This document shows, piece after piece, positions 11,001 to 24,200 of a stretch of 64,000 nt of DNA. Made by a program: the position numbers and the translations under genes. The notes under the pieces were generated by a model. The model did no database searches. It was given only the letters and a program-made list of their open reading frames with translations, and was not told where the DNA came from. The stretch comes from Eledone cirrhosa (Eukaryota): positions 209,622,001 to 209,686,000 of the forward strand of contig OZ024741.1 of assembly GCA_964016885.1 (NCBI GenBank), given 5' to 3'. Each line of letters opens with the position of its first letter. Within the stretch, counting starts at the first letter, position 1.

Positions 11001-14000
11001 ATGTGCAGACACTCATTGGCTGTGTGTGGCCTGATTTTTAGAAAGATATCTCCGTAAAATAACGAGTGGTGGCTGCGTAAAATAATGAATTACGCACGAA
11101 AATGAGAAAATTTCGATTCTCGATCGTGGGCCGGCCGGATGTCGGATCGATTCGTAAATACAAGGATAATGTGCGGACACTCCTTGGCTGTGTGCGGCAT
11201 GATTTTCAGGACGATATCTCCGTAAAATCAAGAGTTGATAACCCCAACTTAACTTAACCCCAACTTAACTTAATCGCAACTTTACTTAACCGCAACCTAA
11301 CTTAACCCCAACTTAACTTAACCGCAACCTAACTTAGCCCCAACTTAACTTAACCCCAACTTAACTTAACCCCAACCTAACTTAACCCCAACTTAACTTA
11401 ACCGCAACTTAACTTAACCGCAACCTAACTTAACCCCAACTTAAATTAACCGCAACTTAACTTAACCGCAACTTAGCTTAACCCCAACCCTTGGTGGGAT
11501 CGATCTGTAATTACTGGTACATGTGCAGACACTCATTGGCTGTGTGTGGCCTGATTTTCAGAAAGATATCTCCGTAAAATAACGAGTGGTGGCTGCGTAA
11601 AATAATGAATTACGCACGAAAATGAGAAAATTTCGATTCTCGATCGTGGGCCGGCCGGATGTCGGATCGATTCGTAAATACAAGGATAATGTGCGGACAC
11701 TCCTTGGCTGTGTGCGGCATGATTTTCAGGACGATATCTCCGTAAAATCAAGAGTTGATAACCCCAACTTAACTTAACCCCAACTTAACTTAACCGCAAC
11801 TTAACTTAACCGCAACCTAACTTAACCCCAACTTAACTTAACCGCAACCTAACTTAACCCCAACTTAACTTAACCGCAACTTAACTTAACCCCAACTTAA
11901 CTTAACCCCAACTTAACTTAACCGCAACTTAACTTAACCGCAACCTAACTTAACCCCAACTTAACTTAACCGCAACTTAACTTAACCGCAACTTAGCTTA
12001 ACCCCAACCCTTGGTGGGATCGATCTGTAATTACTGGTATATGTGCAGACACTCATTGGCTGTGTGTGGCCTGATTTTCAGAAAGATATCTCCGTAAAAT
12101 AACGAGTGGTGGCTGCGTAAAATAATGAATTACGCACGAAAATGAGAAAATTTCCATTCTCGATCGTGGGCCGGCCGGATGTCGGATCGATTCGTAAATA
12201 CAAGGATAATGTGCGGACACTCCTTGGCTGTGTGCGGCATGATTTTCAGGACGATATCTCCGTAAAATCAAGAGTTGATAACCCCAACTTAACTTAACCC
12301 CAACTTAACTTAACCGCAACTTAACTTAACCGCAACCTAACTTAACCCCAACTTAACTTAACCGCAACCTAACTTAACCCCAACTTAACTTAACCGCAAC
12401 TTAACTTAACCCCAACCTAACTTAACCCCAACTTAACTTAACCGCAACTTAACTTAACCGCAACCTAACTTAACCCCAACTTAACTTAACCGCAACTTAA
12501 CTTAACCGCAACTTAGCTTAACCCCAACCCTTGGTGGGATCGATCTGTAATTACTGGTACATGTGCAGACACTCATTGGCTGTGTGTGGCCTGACTTTCA
12601 GAAAGATATCTCCGTAAAATAACGAGTGGTGGCTGCGTAAAATAATGAATTACGCACGAAAATGAGAAAATTTCGATTCTCGATCGTGGGCCGGCCGGAT
12701 GTCGCATCGATTCGTAAATAGAAGGATAATGTGCGGACACTCCTTGGCTGTGTGCGGCATGATTTTCAGGACGATATTTCCGTAAAATCAAGAGTTGATA
12801 ACCCCAACTTAACTTAACCCCAACTTAACTTAACCCCAACTTAACTTAACCCCAACTTAACTTAACCGCAACTTAACTTAACCGCAACCTAACTTAACCC
12901 CAACTTAACTTAACCGCAACCTAACTTAACCACAACTTAACTTAACCGCAACTTAACTTAACCCCAACCTAACTTAACCCCAACTTAACTTAACCGCAAC
13001 TTAACTTAACCGCAACCTAACTTAACCCCAACTTAACTTAACCGCAACTTAACTTAACCGCAACTTAGCTTAACCCCAACCCTTGGTGGGATCGATCTGT
13101 AATTACTGGTACATGTGCAGACACTCATTGGCTGTGTGTGGCCTGATTTTCAGAAAGATATCTCCGTAAAATAACGAGTGGTGGCTGCGTAAAATAATGA
13201 ATTACACACGAAAATGAGAAAATTTCGATTCTCGATCGTGGGCCGGCCGGATGTCGGATCGATTCGTAAATACAAGGATAATGTGCGGACACTCCTTGGC
13301 TGTGTGCGGCATGATTTTCAGGACGATATTTCCGTAAAATCAAGAGTTGATAACCCCAACTTAACTTAACCCCAACTTAACTTAACCCCAACTTAACTTA
13401 ACCGCAACCTAACTTAACCCCAACTTAACTTAACCCCAACCTAACTTAACCCCAACTTAACTTAACCGCAACTTAACTTAACCGCAACCTAACTTAACCC
13501 CAGCTTAACTTAACCGCAACTTAACTTAACCGCAACTTAGCTTAACCCCAACTCTTGGTGGGATCGATCTGTAATTACTGGTACATGTGCAGACACTCAT
13601 TGGCTGTGTGTGGCCTGATTTTCAGAAAGATATCTCCGTAAAATAACGAGTGGTGGCTGCGTAAAATAATGAATTACGCACGAAAATGAGAAAATTTCGA
13701 TTCTCGATCGTGGGCCGGCCGGATGTCGGATCGATTCGTAAATACAAGGATAATGTGCGGACACTCCTTGGCTGTGTGCGGCATGATTTTCAGGACGATA
13801 TCTCCGTAAAATCAAGAGTTGATAACCCCAACTTAACTTAACCCCAACTTAACTTAACCGCAACTTAACTTAACCGCAACCTAACTTAACCCCAACTTAA
13901 CTTAACCGCAACCTAACTTAACCCCAACTTAACTTAACCGCAACTTAACTTAACCCCAACCTAACTTAACCCCAACTTAACTTAACCGCAACTTAACTTA

Positions 14001-17000
14001 ACCGCAACCTAACTTAACCCCAACTTAACTTAACCGCAACTTAACCCCAACTTAGCTTAACCCCAACCCTTGGTGGGATCGATCTGTAATTACTGGTACA
14101 TGTGCAGACACTCATTGGCTGTGTGTGGCCTGATTTTTAGAAAGATATCTCCGTAAAATAACGAGTGGTGGCTGCGTAAAATAATGAATTACGCACGAAA
14201 ATGAGAAAATTTCGATTCTCGATCGTGGGCCGGCCGGATGTCGGATCGATTCGTTAATACAAGGATAATGTGCGGACACTCCTTGCCTGTGTGCCGCATG
14301 ATTTTCAGGACGATATCTCCGTAAAATCAAGAGTTGATAACCCCAACTTAACTTAACCCCAACTTAACTTAACCGCAACTTAACTTAACCGCAACCTAAC
14401 TTAACCCCAACTTAACTTAACCGCAACCTAACTTAACCCCAACTTAACTTAACCGCAACTTAACTTAACCCCAACCTAACTTAACCCCAACTTAACTTAA
14501 CCGCAACTTAACTTAACCGCAACCTAACTTAACCCCAGCTTAACTTAACCGCAACTTAACTTAACCGCAACTTAGCTTAACCCCAACTCTTGGTGGGATC
14601 GATCTGTAATTACTGGTACATGTGCAGACACTCATTGGCTGTGTGTGGCCTGATTTTCAGAAAGATATCTCCGTAAAATAACGAGTGGTGGCTGCGTAAA
14701 ATAATGAATTACGCACGAAAATGAGAAAATTTCGATTCTCGATCGTGGGCCGGCCGGATGTCGGATCGATTCGTAAATACAAGGATAATGTGCGGACACT
14801 CCTTGGCTGTGTGCGGCATGATTTTCAGGACGATATCTCCGTAAAATCAAGAGTTGATAACCCCAACTTAACTTAACCCCAACTTAACTTAACCGCAACT
14901 TAACTTAACCGCAACCTAACTTAACCCCAACTTAACTTAACCGCAACCTAACTTAACCCAAACTTAACTTAACCGCAACTTAACTTAACCCCAACCTAAC
15001 TTAACCCCAACTTAACTTAACCGCAACTTAACTTAACCGCAACCTAACTTAACCCCAACTTAACTTAACCGCAACTTAACCCCAACTTAGCTTAACCCCA
15101 ACCCTTGGTGGGATCGATCTGTAATTACTGGTACATGTGCAGACACTCATTGGCTGTGTGTGGCCTGATTTTTAGAAAGATATCTCCGTAAAATAACGAG
15201 TGGTGGCTGCGTAAAATAATGAATTACGCACGAAAATGAGAAAATTTCGATTCTCGATCGTGGGCCGGCCGGATGTCGCATCGATTCGTAAATAGAAGGA
15301 TAATGTGCGGACACTCCTTGGCTGTGTGCGGCATGATTTTCAGGACGATATTTCCGTAAAATCAAGAGTTGATAACCCCAACTTAACTTAACCTCAACTT
15401 AACTTAACCCCAACTTAACTTAACCCCAACTTAACTTAACCGCAACTTAACTTAACCGCAACCTAACTTAACCCCAACTTAACTTAACCGCAACCTAACT
15501 TAACCACAACTTAACTTAACCGCAACTTAACTTAACCCCAACCTAACTTAACCCCAACTTAACTTAACCGCAACTTAACTTAACCGCAACCTAACTTAAC
15601 CCCAACTTAACTTAACCGCAACTTAACTTAACCGCAACTTAGCTTAACCCCAACCCTTGGTGGGATCGATCTGTAATTACTGGTACATGTGCAGACACTC
15701 ATTGGCTGTGTGTGGCCTGATTTTCAGAAAGATATCTCCGTAAAATAACGAGTGGTGGCTGCGTAAAATAATGAATTACACACGAAAATGAGAAAATTTC
15801 GATTCTCGATCGTGGGCCGGCCGGATGTCGGATCGATTCGTAAATACAAGGATAATGTGCGGACACTCCTTGGCTGTGTGCGGCATGATTTTCAGGACGA
15901 TATTTCCGTAAAATCAAGAGTTGATAACCCCAACTTAACTTAACCCCAACTTAACTTAACCCCAACTTAACTTAACCGCAACCTAACTTAACCCCAACTT
16001 AACTTAACCCCAACCTAACTTAACCCCAACTTAACTTAACCGCAACTTAACTTAACCGCAACCTAACTTAACCCCAGCTTAACTTAACCGCAACTTAACT
16101 TAACCGCAACTTAGCTTAACCCCAACTCTTGGTGGGATCGATCTGTAATTACTGGTACATGTGCAGACACTCATTGGCTGTGTGTGGCTTGATTTTCAGA
16201 AAGATATCTCCGTAAAATAACGAGTGGTGGCTGCGTAAAATAATGAATTACGCACGAAAATGAGAAAATTTCGATTCTCGATCGTGGGCCGGCCGGATGT
16301 CGGATCGATTCGTAAATACAAGGATAATGTGCGGACACTCCTTGGCTGTGTGCGGCATGATTTTCAGGACGATATCTCCGTAAAATCAAGAGTTGATAAC
16401 CCCAACTTAACTTAACCCCAACTTAACTTAACCGCAACTTAACTTAACCGCAACCTAACTTAACCCCAACTTAACTTAACCGCAACCTAACTTAACCCCA
16501 ACTTAACTTAACCGCAACTTAACTTAACCCCAACCTAACTTAACCCCAACTTAACTTAACCGCAACTTAACTTAACCGCAACCTAACTTAACCCCAACTT
16601 AACTTAACCGCAACTTAACCCCAACTTAGCTTAACCCCAACCCTTGGTGGGATCGATCTGTAATTACTGGTACATGTGCAGACACTCATTGGCTGTGTGT
16701 GGCCTGATTTTTAGAAAGATATCTCCGTAAAATAACGAGTGGTGGCTGCGTAAAATAATGAATTACGCACGAAAATGAGAAAATTTCGATTCTCGATCGT
16801 GGGCCGGCCGGATGTCGGATCGATTCGTAAATACAAGGATAATGTGCGGACACTCCTTGGCTGTGTGCGGCATGATTTTCAGGACGATATCTCCGTAAAA
16901 TCAAGAGTTGATAACCCCAACTTAACTTAACCCCAACTTAACTTAACCGCAACTTAACTTAACCGCAACCTAACTTAACCCCAACTTAACTTAACCGCAA

Positions 17001-20000
17001 CCTAACTTAACCCCAACTTAACTCAACCGCAACTTAACTTAACCCCAACCTAACTTAACCCCAACTTAACTTAACCGCAACTTAACTTAACCGCAACCTA
17101 ACTTAACCCCAACTTAACTTAACCGCAACTTAACTTAACCGCAACTTAGCTTAACCCCAACCCTTGGTGGGATCGATCTGTAATTACTGGTACATGTGCA
17201 GACACTCATTGGCTGTGTGTGGCCTGATTTTCAGAAAGATATCTCCGTAAAATAACGAGTGGTGGCTGCGTAAATTAATGAATTACGCACGAAAATGAGA
17301 AAATTTCGATTCTCGATCGTGGGCCGGCCGGATGTCGGATCGATTCGTAAATACAAGGATAATGTGCGGACACTCCTTGCCTGTGAGCCGCATGATTTTC
17401 AGGACGATATCTCCGTAAAATCAAGAGTTGATAACCCCAACTTAACTTAACCCCAACTTAACTTAACCGCAACTTAACTTAACCGCAACCTAACTTAACC
17501 CCAACTTAACTTAACCGCAACCTAACTTAACCCCAACTTAACTTAACCGCAACTTAACTTAACCCCAACCTAACTTAACCCCAACTTAACTTAACGGCAA
17601 CTTAACTTAACCGCAACCTAACTTAACCCCAACTTAACTTAACCGCAACTTAACTTAACCGCAACTTAGCTTAACCCCAACCCTTGGTGGGATCGATCTG
17701 TAATTACTGGTACATGTGCAGACACTCATTGGCTGTGTGTGGCCTGATTTTCAGAAAGATATCTCCGTAAAATAACGAGTGGTGGCTGCGTAAAATAATG
17801 AATTACGCACGAAAATGAGAAAATTTCGATTCTCGATCGTGGGCCGGCCGGATGTCGGATCGATTCGTAAATACAAGGATAATGTGCGGACACTCCTTGG
17901 CTGTGTGCGGCATGATTTTCAGGACGATATCTCCGTAAAATCAAGAGTTGATAACCCCAACTTAACTTAACCCCAACTTAACTTAACCGCAACTTAACTT
18001 AACCGCAACCTAACTTAACCCCAACTTAACTTAACCGCAACCTAACTTAACCCAAACTTAACTTAACCGCAACTTAACTTAACCCCAACCTAACTTAACC
18101 CCAACTTAACTTAACCGCAACTTAACTTAACCGCAACCTAACTTAACCCCAACTTAACTTAACCGCAACTTAACCCCAACTTAGCTTAACCCCAACCCTT
18201 GGTGGGATCGATCTGTAATTACTGGTACATGTGCAGACACTCATTGGCTGTGTGTGGCCTGATTTTTAGAAAGATATCTCCGTAAAATAACGAGTGGTGG
18301 CTGCGTAAAATAATGAATTACGCACGAAAATGAGAAAATTTCGATTCTCGATCGTGGGCCGGCCGGATGTCGGATCGATTCGTAAATACAAGGATAATGT
18401 GCGGACACTCCTTGGCTGTGTGCGGCATGATTTTCAGGACGATATCTCCGGAAAATCAAGAGTTGATAACCCCAACTTAACTTAACCCCAACTTAACTTA
18501 ACCGCAACTTTACTTAACCGCAACCTAACTTAACCCCAACTTAACTTAACCGCAACCTAACTTAGCCCCAACTTAACTTAACCACAACTTAACTTAACCC
18601 CAACCTAACTTAACCCCAACTTAACTTAACCGCAACTTAACTTAACCGCAACCTAACTTAACCCCAACTTAAATTAACCGCAACTTAACTTAACCGCAAC
18701 TTAGCTTAACCCCAACCCTTGGTGGGATCGATCTGTAATTACTGGTACATGTGCAGACACTCATTGGCTGTGTGTGGCCTGATTTTCAGAAAGATATCTC
18801 CGTAAAATAACGAGTGGTGGCTGCGTAAAATAATGAATTACGCACGAAAATGAGAAAATTTCGATTCTCGATCGTGGGCCGGCCGGATGTCGGATCGATT
18901 CGTAAATACAAGGATAATGTGCGGACACTCCTTGGCTGTGTGCGGCATGATTTTCAGGACGATATCTCCGTAAAATCAAGAGTTGATAACCCCAACTTAA
19001 CTTAACCCCAACTTAACTTAACCGCAACTTAACTTAACCGCAACCTAACTTAACCCCAACTTAAATTAACCGCAACCTAACTTAACCCCAACTTAACTTA
19101 ACCGCAACTTAACTTAACCCCAACTTAACTTAACCCCAACTTAACTTAACCGCAACTTAACTTAACCGCAACCTAACTTAACCCCAACTTAACTTAACCG
19201 CAACTTAACTTAACCGCAACTTAGCTTAACCCCAACCCTTGGTGGGATCGATCTGTAATTACTGGTATATGTGCAGACACTCATTGGCTGTGTGTGGCCT
19301 GATTTTCAGAAAGATATCTCCGTAAAATAACGAGTGGTGGCTGCGTAAAATAATGAATTACGCACGAAAATGAGAAAATTTCCATTCTCGATCGTGGGCC
19401 GGCCGGATGTCGGATCGATTCGTAAATACAAGGATAATGTGCGGACACTCCTTGGCTGTGTGCGGCATGATTTTCAGGACGATATCTCCGTAAAATCAAG
19501 AGTTGATAACCCCAACTTAACTTAACCCCAACTTAACTTAACCGCAACTTAACTTAACCGCAACCTAACTTAACCCCAACTTAACTTAACCGCAACCTAA
19601 CTTAACCCCAACTTAACTTAACCGCAACTTAACTTAACCCCAACCTAACTTAACCCCAACTTAACTTAACCGCAACTTAACTTAACCGCAACCTAACTTA
19701 ACCCCAACTTAACTTAACCGCAACTTAACTTAACCGCAACTTAGCTTAACCCCAACCCTTGGTGGGATCGATCTGTAATTACTGGTACATGTGCAGACAC
19801 TCATTGGCTGTGTGTGGCCTGACTTTCAGAAAGATATCTCCGTAAAATAACGAGTGGTGGCTGCGTAAAATAATGAATTACGCACGAAAATGAGAAAATT
19901 TCGATTCTCGATCGTGGGCCGGCCGGATGTCGCATCGATTCGTAAATAGAAGGATAATGTGCGGACACTCCTTGGCTGTGTGCGGCATGATTTTCAGGAC

Positions 20001-21280
20001 GATATTTCCGTAAAATCAAGAGTTGATAACCCCAACTTAACTTAACCCCAACTTAACTTAACCCCAACTTAACTTAACCCCAACTTAACTTAACCGCAAC
20101 TTAACTTAACCGCAACCTAACTTAACACCAACTTAACTTAACCGCAACCTAACTTAACCACAACTTAACTTAACCGCAACTTAACTTAACCCCAACCTAA
20201 CTTAACCCCAACTTAACTTAACCGCAACTTAACTTAACCGCAACCTAACTTAACCCCAACTTAACTTAACCGCAACTTAACTTAACCGCAACTTAGCTTA
20301 ACCCCAACCCTTGGTGGGATCGATCTGTAATTACTGGTACATGTGCAGACACTCATTGGCTGTGTGTGGCCTGATTTTCAGAAAGATATCTCCGTAAAAT
20401 AACGAGTGGTGGCTGCGTAAAATAATGAATTACACACGAAAATGAGAAAATTTCGATTCTCGATCGTGGGCCGGCCGGATGTCGGATCGATTCGTAAATA
20501 CAAGGATAATGTGCGGACACTCCTTGGCTGTGTGCGGCATGATTTTCAGGACGATATTTCCGTAAAATCAAGAGTTGATAACCCCAACTTAACTTAACCC
20601 CAACTTAACTTAACCCCAACTTAACTTAACCGCAACCTAACTTAACCCCAACTTAACTTAACCCCAACCTAACTTAACCCCAACTTAACTTAACCGCAAC
20701 TTAACTTAACCGCAACCTAACTTAACCCCAGCTTAACTTAACCGCAACTTAACTTAACCGCAACTTAGCTTAACCCCAACTCTTGGTGGGATCGATCTGT
20801 AATTACTGGTACATGTGCAGACACTCATTGGCTGTGTGTGGCCTGATTTTCAGAAAGATATCTCCGTAAAATAACGAGTGGTGGCTGCGTAAAATAATGA
20901 ATTACGCACGAAAATGAGAAAATTTCGATTCTCGATCGTGGGCCGGCCGGATGTCGGATCGATTCGTAAATACAAGGATAATGTGCGGACACTCCTTGGC
21001 TGTGTGCGGCATGATTTTCAGGACGATATCTCCGTAAAATCAAGAGTTGATAACCCCAACTTAACTTAACCCCAACTTAACTTAACCGCAACTTAACTTA
21101 ACCGCAACCTAACTTAACCCCAACTTAACTTAACCGCAACCTAACTTAACCCCAACTTAACTTAACCGCAACTTAACTTAACCCCAACCTAACTTAACCC
21201 CAACTTAACTTAACCGCAACTTAACTTAACCGCAACCTAACTTAACCCCAACTTAACTTAACCGCAACTTAACCCCAACT
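2050..21280. repeat. Higher-order repeat, 7228-bp 14-mer, ~2.65 tandem copies
   Basis: The length series 520,520,515,520,520,520,552,472,515,520,515,552,472,515 sums to 7228. Diagnostic variants recur at +7228 (2230/9458/16686; 4825/12053/19281; 5345/12573/19801). Boundaries are approximate. Confidence 0.95.
5400..9550. repeat. Nested 2574-bp (5-monomer period) duplication inside the 7228-bp HOR
   Basis: 5345/7919, 5897/8471, 6369/8943 and 6884/9458 are all offset by 2574 bp. They share rare variants (gtcgcatcg, tagaagg, gatatttcc, ttacacacg) and the 552/472/515 length series. Boundaries are approximate. Confidence 0.9.
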
Positions 21281-24200
21281 TAACTTAACCGCAACTTAAC
21301 TTAACCCCAACCTAACTTAACCCCAACTTAACTTAACCGCAACTTAACTTAACCGCAACCTAACTTAACCCCGACTTAACTTAACCGCAACCTAACTTAA
21401 CCCCAACTTAACTTAACCCCAACTTAACTTAACCCCAACCTAACTTAACCCCAACTTAACTTAACCGCAACTTAACTTAACCGCAACCTAACTTAACCCC
21501 AACTTAACTTAACCGCAACTTAACTTAACCGCAACTTAGCTTAACCCCAACCCTTGGTGGGATCGATATGTAATTACTGGTACATGTGCAGACACTCATT
21601 AGCTGTGTGTGGCCTGATTTTCAGAAAGATATCTCCGTAAAATAACGAGTGGTGGCTGCGTAAAATAATGAATTACGCACGAAAATGAGAAAATTTCGAT
21701 TCTCGATCGTGGGCCGGCCGGATGTCGGATCGATTCGTAAATACAAGGATAATGTGCGGACACTCCTTGGCTGTGTGCGGCATGATTTTCAGGACGATAT
21801 CTCCGTAAAATCAAGAGTTGATAACCCCAACTTAATTTAACCCCAACTTAACTTAACCGCAACTTAACTTAACCGCAACCTAACTTAACCCCAACTTAAC
21901 TTAACCGCAACCTAACTTAACCCCAACTTAACTTAACCGCAACTTAACTTAACCCCAACCTAACTTAACCCCAACTTAACTTAACCCCAACTTAACTTAA
22001 CCCCAACTTAACTTAACCGCAACTTAACTTAACCGCAACCTAACTTAACCCCAACTTAGCTTAACCGCAACTTAACTTAACCCCAACCTAACTTAACCCC
22101 AACTTAACTTAACCGCAACTTAACTTAACCGCAACCTAACTTAACCCCAACTTAACTTAACCGCAACTTAACTTAACCGCAACTTAGCTTAACCCCAACC
22201 CTTGGTGGGATCGATCTGTAATTACTGGTACATGTGCAGACACTCATTGGCTGTGTGTGGCCTGATTTTCAGAAAGATATCTCCGTAAAATAACGAGTGG
22301 TGGCTGCGTAAAATAATGAATTACGCACGAAAATGAGAAAATTTCGATTCTCGATCGTGGGCCGGCCGGATGTCGGATCGATTCGTAAATACAAGGATAA
22401 TGTGCGGACACTCCTTGGCTGTGTGCGGCATGATTTTCAGGACGATATCTCCGTAAAATCAAGAGTTGATAACCCCAACTTAACTTAACCCCAACTTAAC
22501 TTAACCGCAACTTAACTTAACCGCAACCTAACTTAACCCCAACTTAACTTAACCGCAACCTAACTTAACCCCAACTTAACTTAACCGCAACTTAACTTAA
22601 CCCCAACCTAACTTAACCCCAACTTAACTTAACCGCAACTTAACTTAACCGCAACCTAACTTAACCCCAACTTAACTTAACCGCAACTTAACTTAACCGC
22701 AACTTAGCTTAACCCCAACCCTTGGTGGGATCGATCTGTAATTACTGGTACATGTGCAGACACTCATTGGCAGTGTGTGGCCTGATTTTCAGAAAGATAT
22801 CTCCGTAAAATAACGAGTGGTGGCTGCGTAAAATAATGAATTACGCACGAAAATGAGAAAATTTCGATTCTCGATCGTGGGCCGGCCGGATGTCGGATCG
22901 ATTCGTAAATACAAGGATAATGTGCGGACACTCCTTGGCTGTGTGCGGCATGATTTTCAGGACGATATCTCCGTAAAATCAAGAGTTGATAACCCCAACT
23001 TAACTTAACCCCAACTTAACTTAACCGCAACTTAACTTAACCGCAACCTAACTTAACCCCAACTTAACTTAACCGCAACCTAACTTAACCCCAACTTAAC
23101 TTAACCGCAACTTAACTTAACCCCAACCTAACTTAACCCCAACTTAACTTAACCGCAACTTAACTTAACCGCAACCTAACTTAACCCCAACTTAACTTAA
23201 CCGCAACTTAACTTAACCGCAACTTAGCTTAACCCCAACCCTTGGTGGGATCGATCTGTAATTACTGGTATATGTGCAGACACTCATTGGCTGTGTGTGG
23301 CCTGATTTTCAGAAAGATATCTCCGTAAAATAACGAGTGGTGGCTGCGTAAAATAATGAATTACGCACGAAAATGAGAAAATTTCGATTCTCGATCGTGG
23401 GCCGGCCGGATGTCGGATCGATTCGTAAATACAAGGATAATGTGCGGACACTCCTTGGCTGTGTGCGGCATGATTTTCAAGACGATATCTCCGTAAAATC
23501 AAGAGTTGATAACCCCAACTTAACTTAACCCCAACTTAACTTAACCGCAACTTAACTTAACCGCAACCTAACTTAACCCCAACTTAACTTAACCGCAACC
23601 TAACTTAACCCCAACTTAACTTAACCGCAACTTAACTTAACCCCAACCTAACTTAACTCCAACTTAACTTAACCGCAACTTAACTTAACCGCAACCTAAC
23701 TTAACCCCAACTTAATTTAACCGCAACTTAACTTAACCGCAACTTAGCTTAACTCCAACCCTTGGTGGGATCGATCTGTAATTACTGGTACATGTGCAGA
23801 CACTCATTGGCTGTGTGTGGCCTGATTTTCAGAAAGATATCTCCGTAAAATAACGAGTGGTGGCTGCGTAAAATAATGAATTACGCACGAAAATGAGAAA
23901 ATTTCGATTCTCGATCGTGGGCCGGCCGGATGTCGGATCGATTCGTAAATACAAGGATAATGTGCGGACACTCCTTGGCTGTGCGCGGCATGATTTTCAG
24001 GACGATATCTCCGTAAAATCAAGAGTTGATAACCCCAACTTAATTTAACCCCAACTTAACTTAACCGCAACTTAACTTAACCGCAACCTAACTTAACCCC
24101 AACTTAACTTAACCGCAACCTAACTTAACCCCAACTTAACTTAACCGCAACTTAACTTAACCCCAACCTAACTTAACGCCAACTTAACTTAACCGCAACT

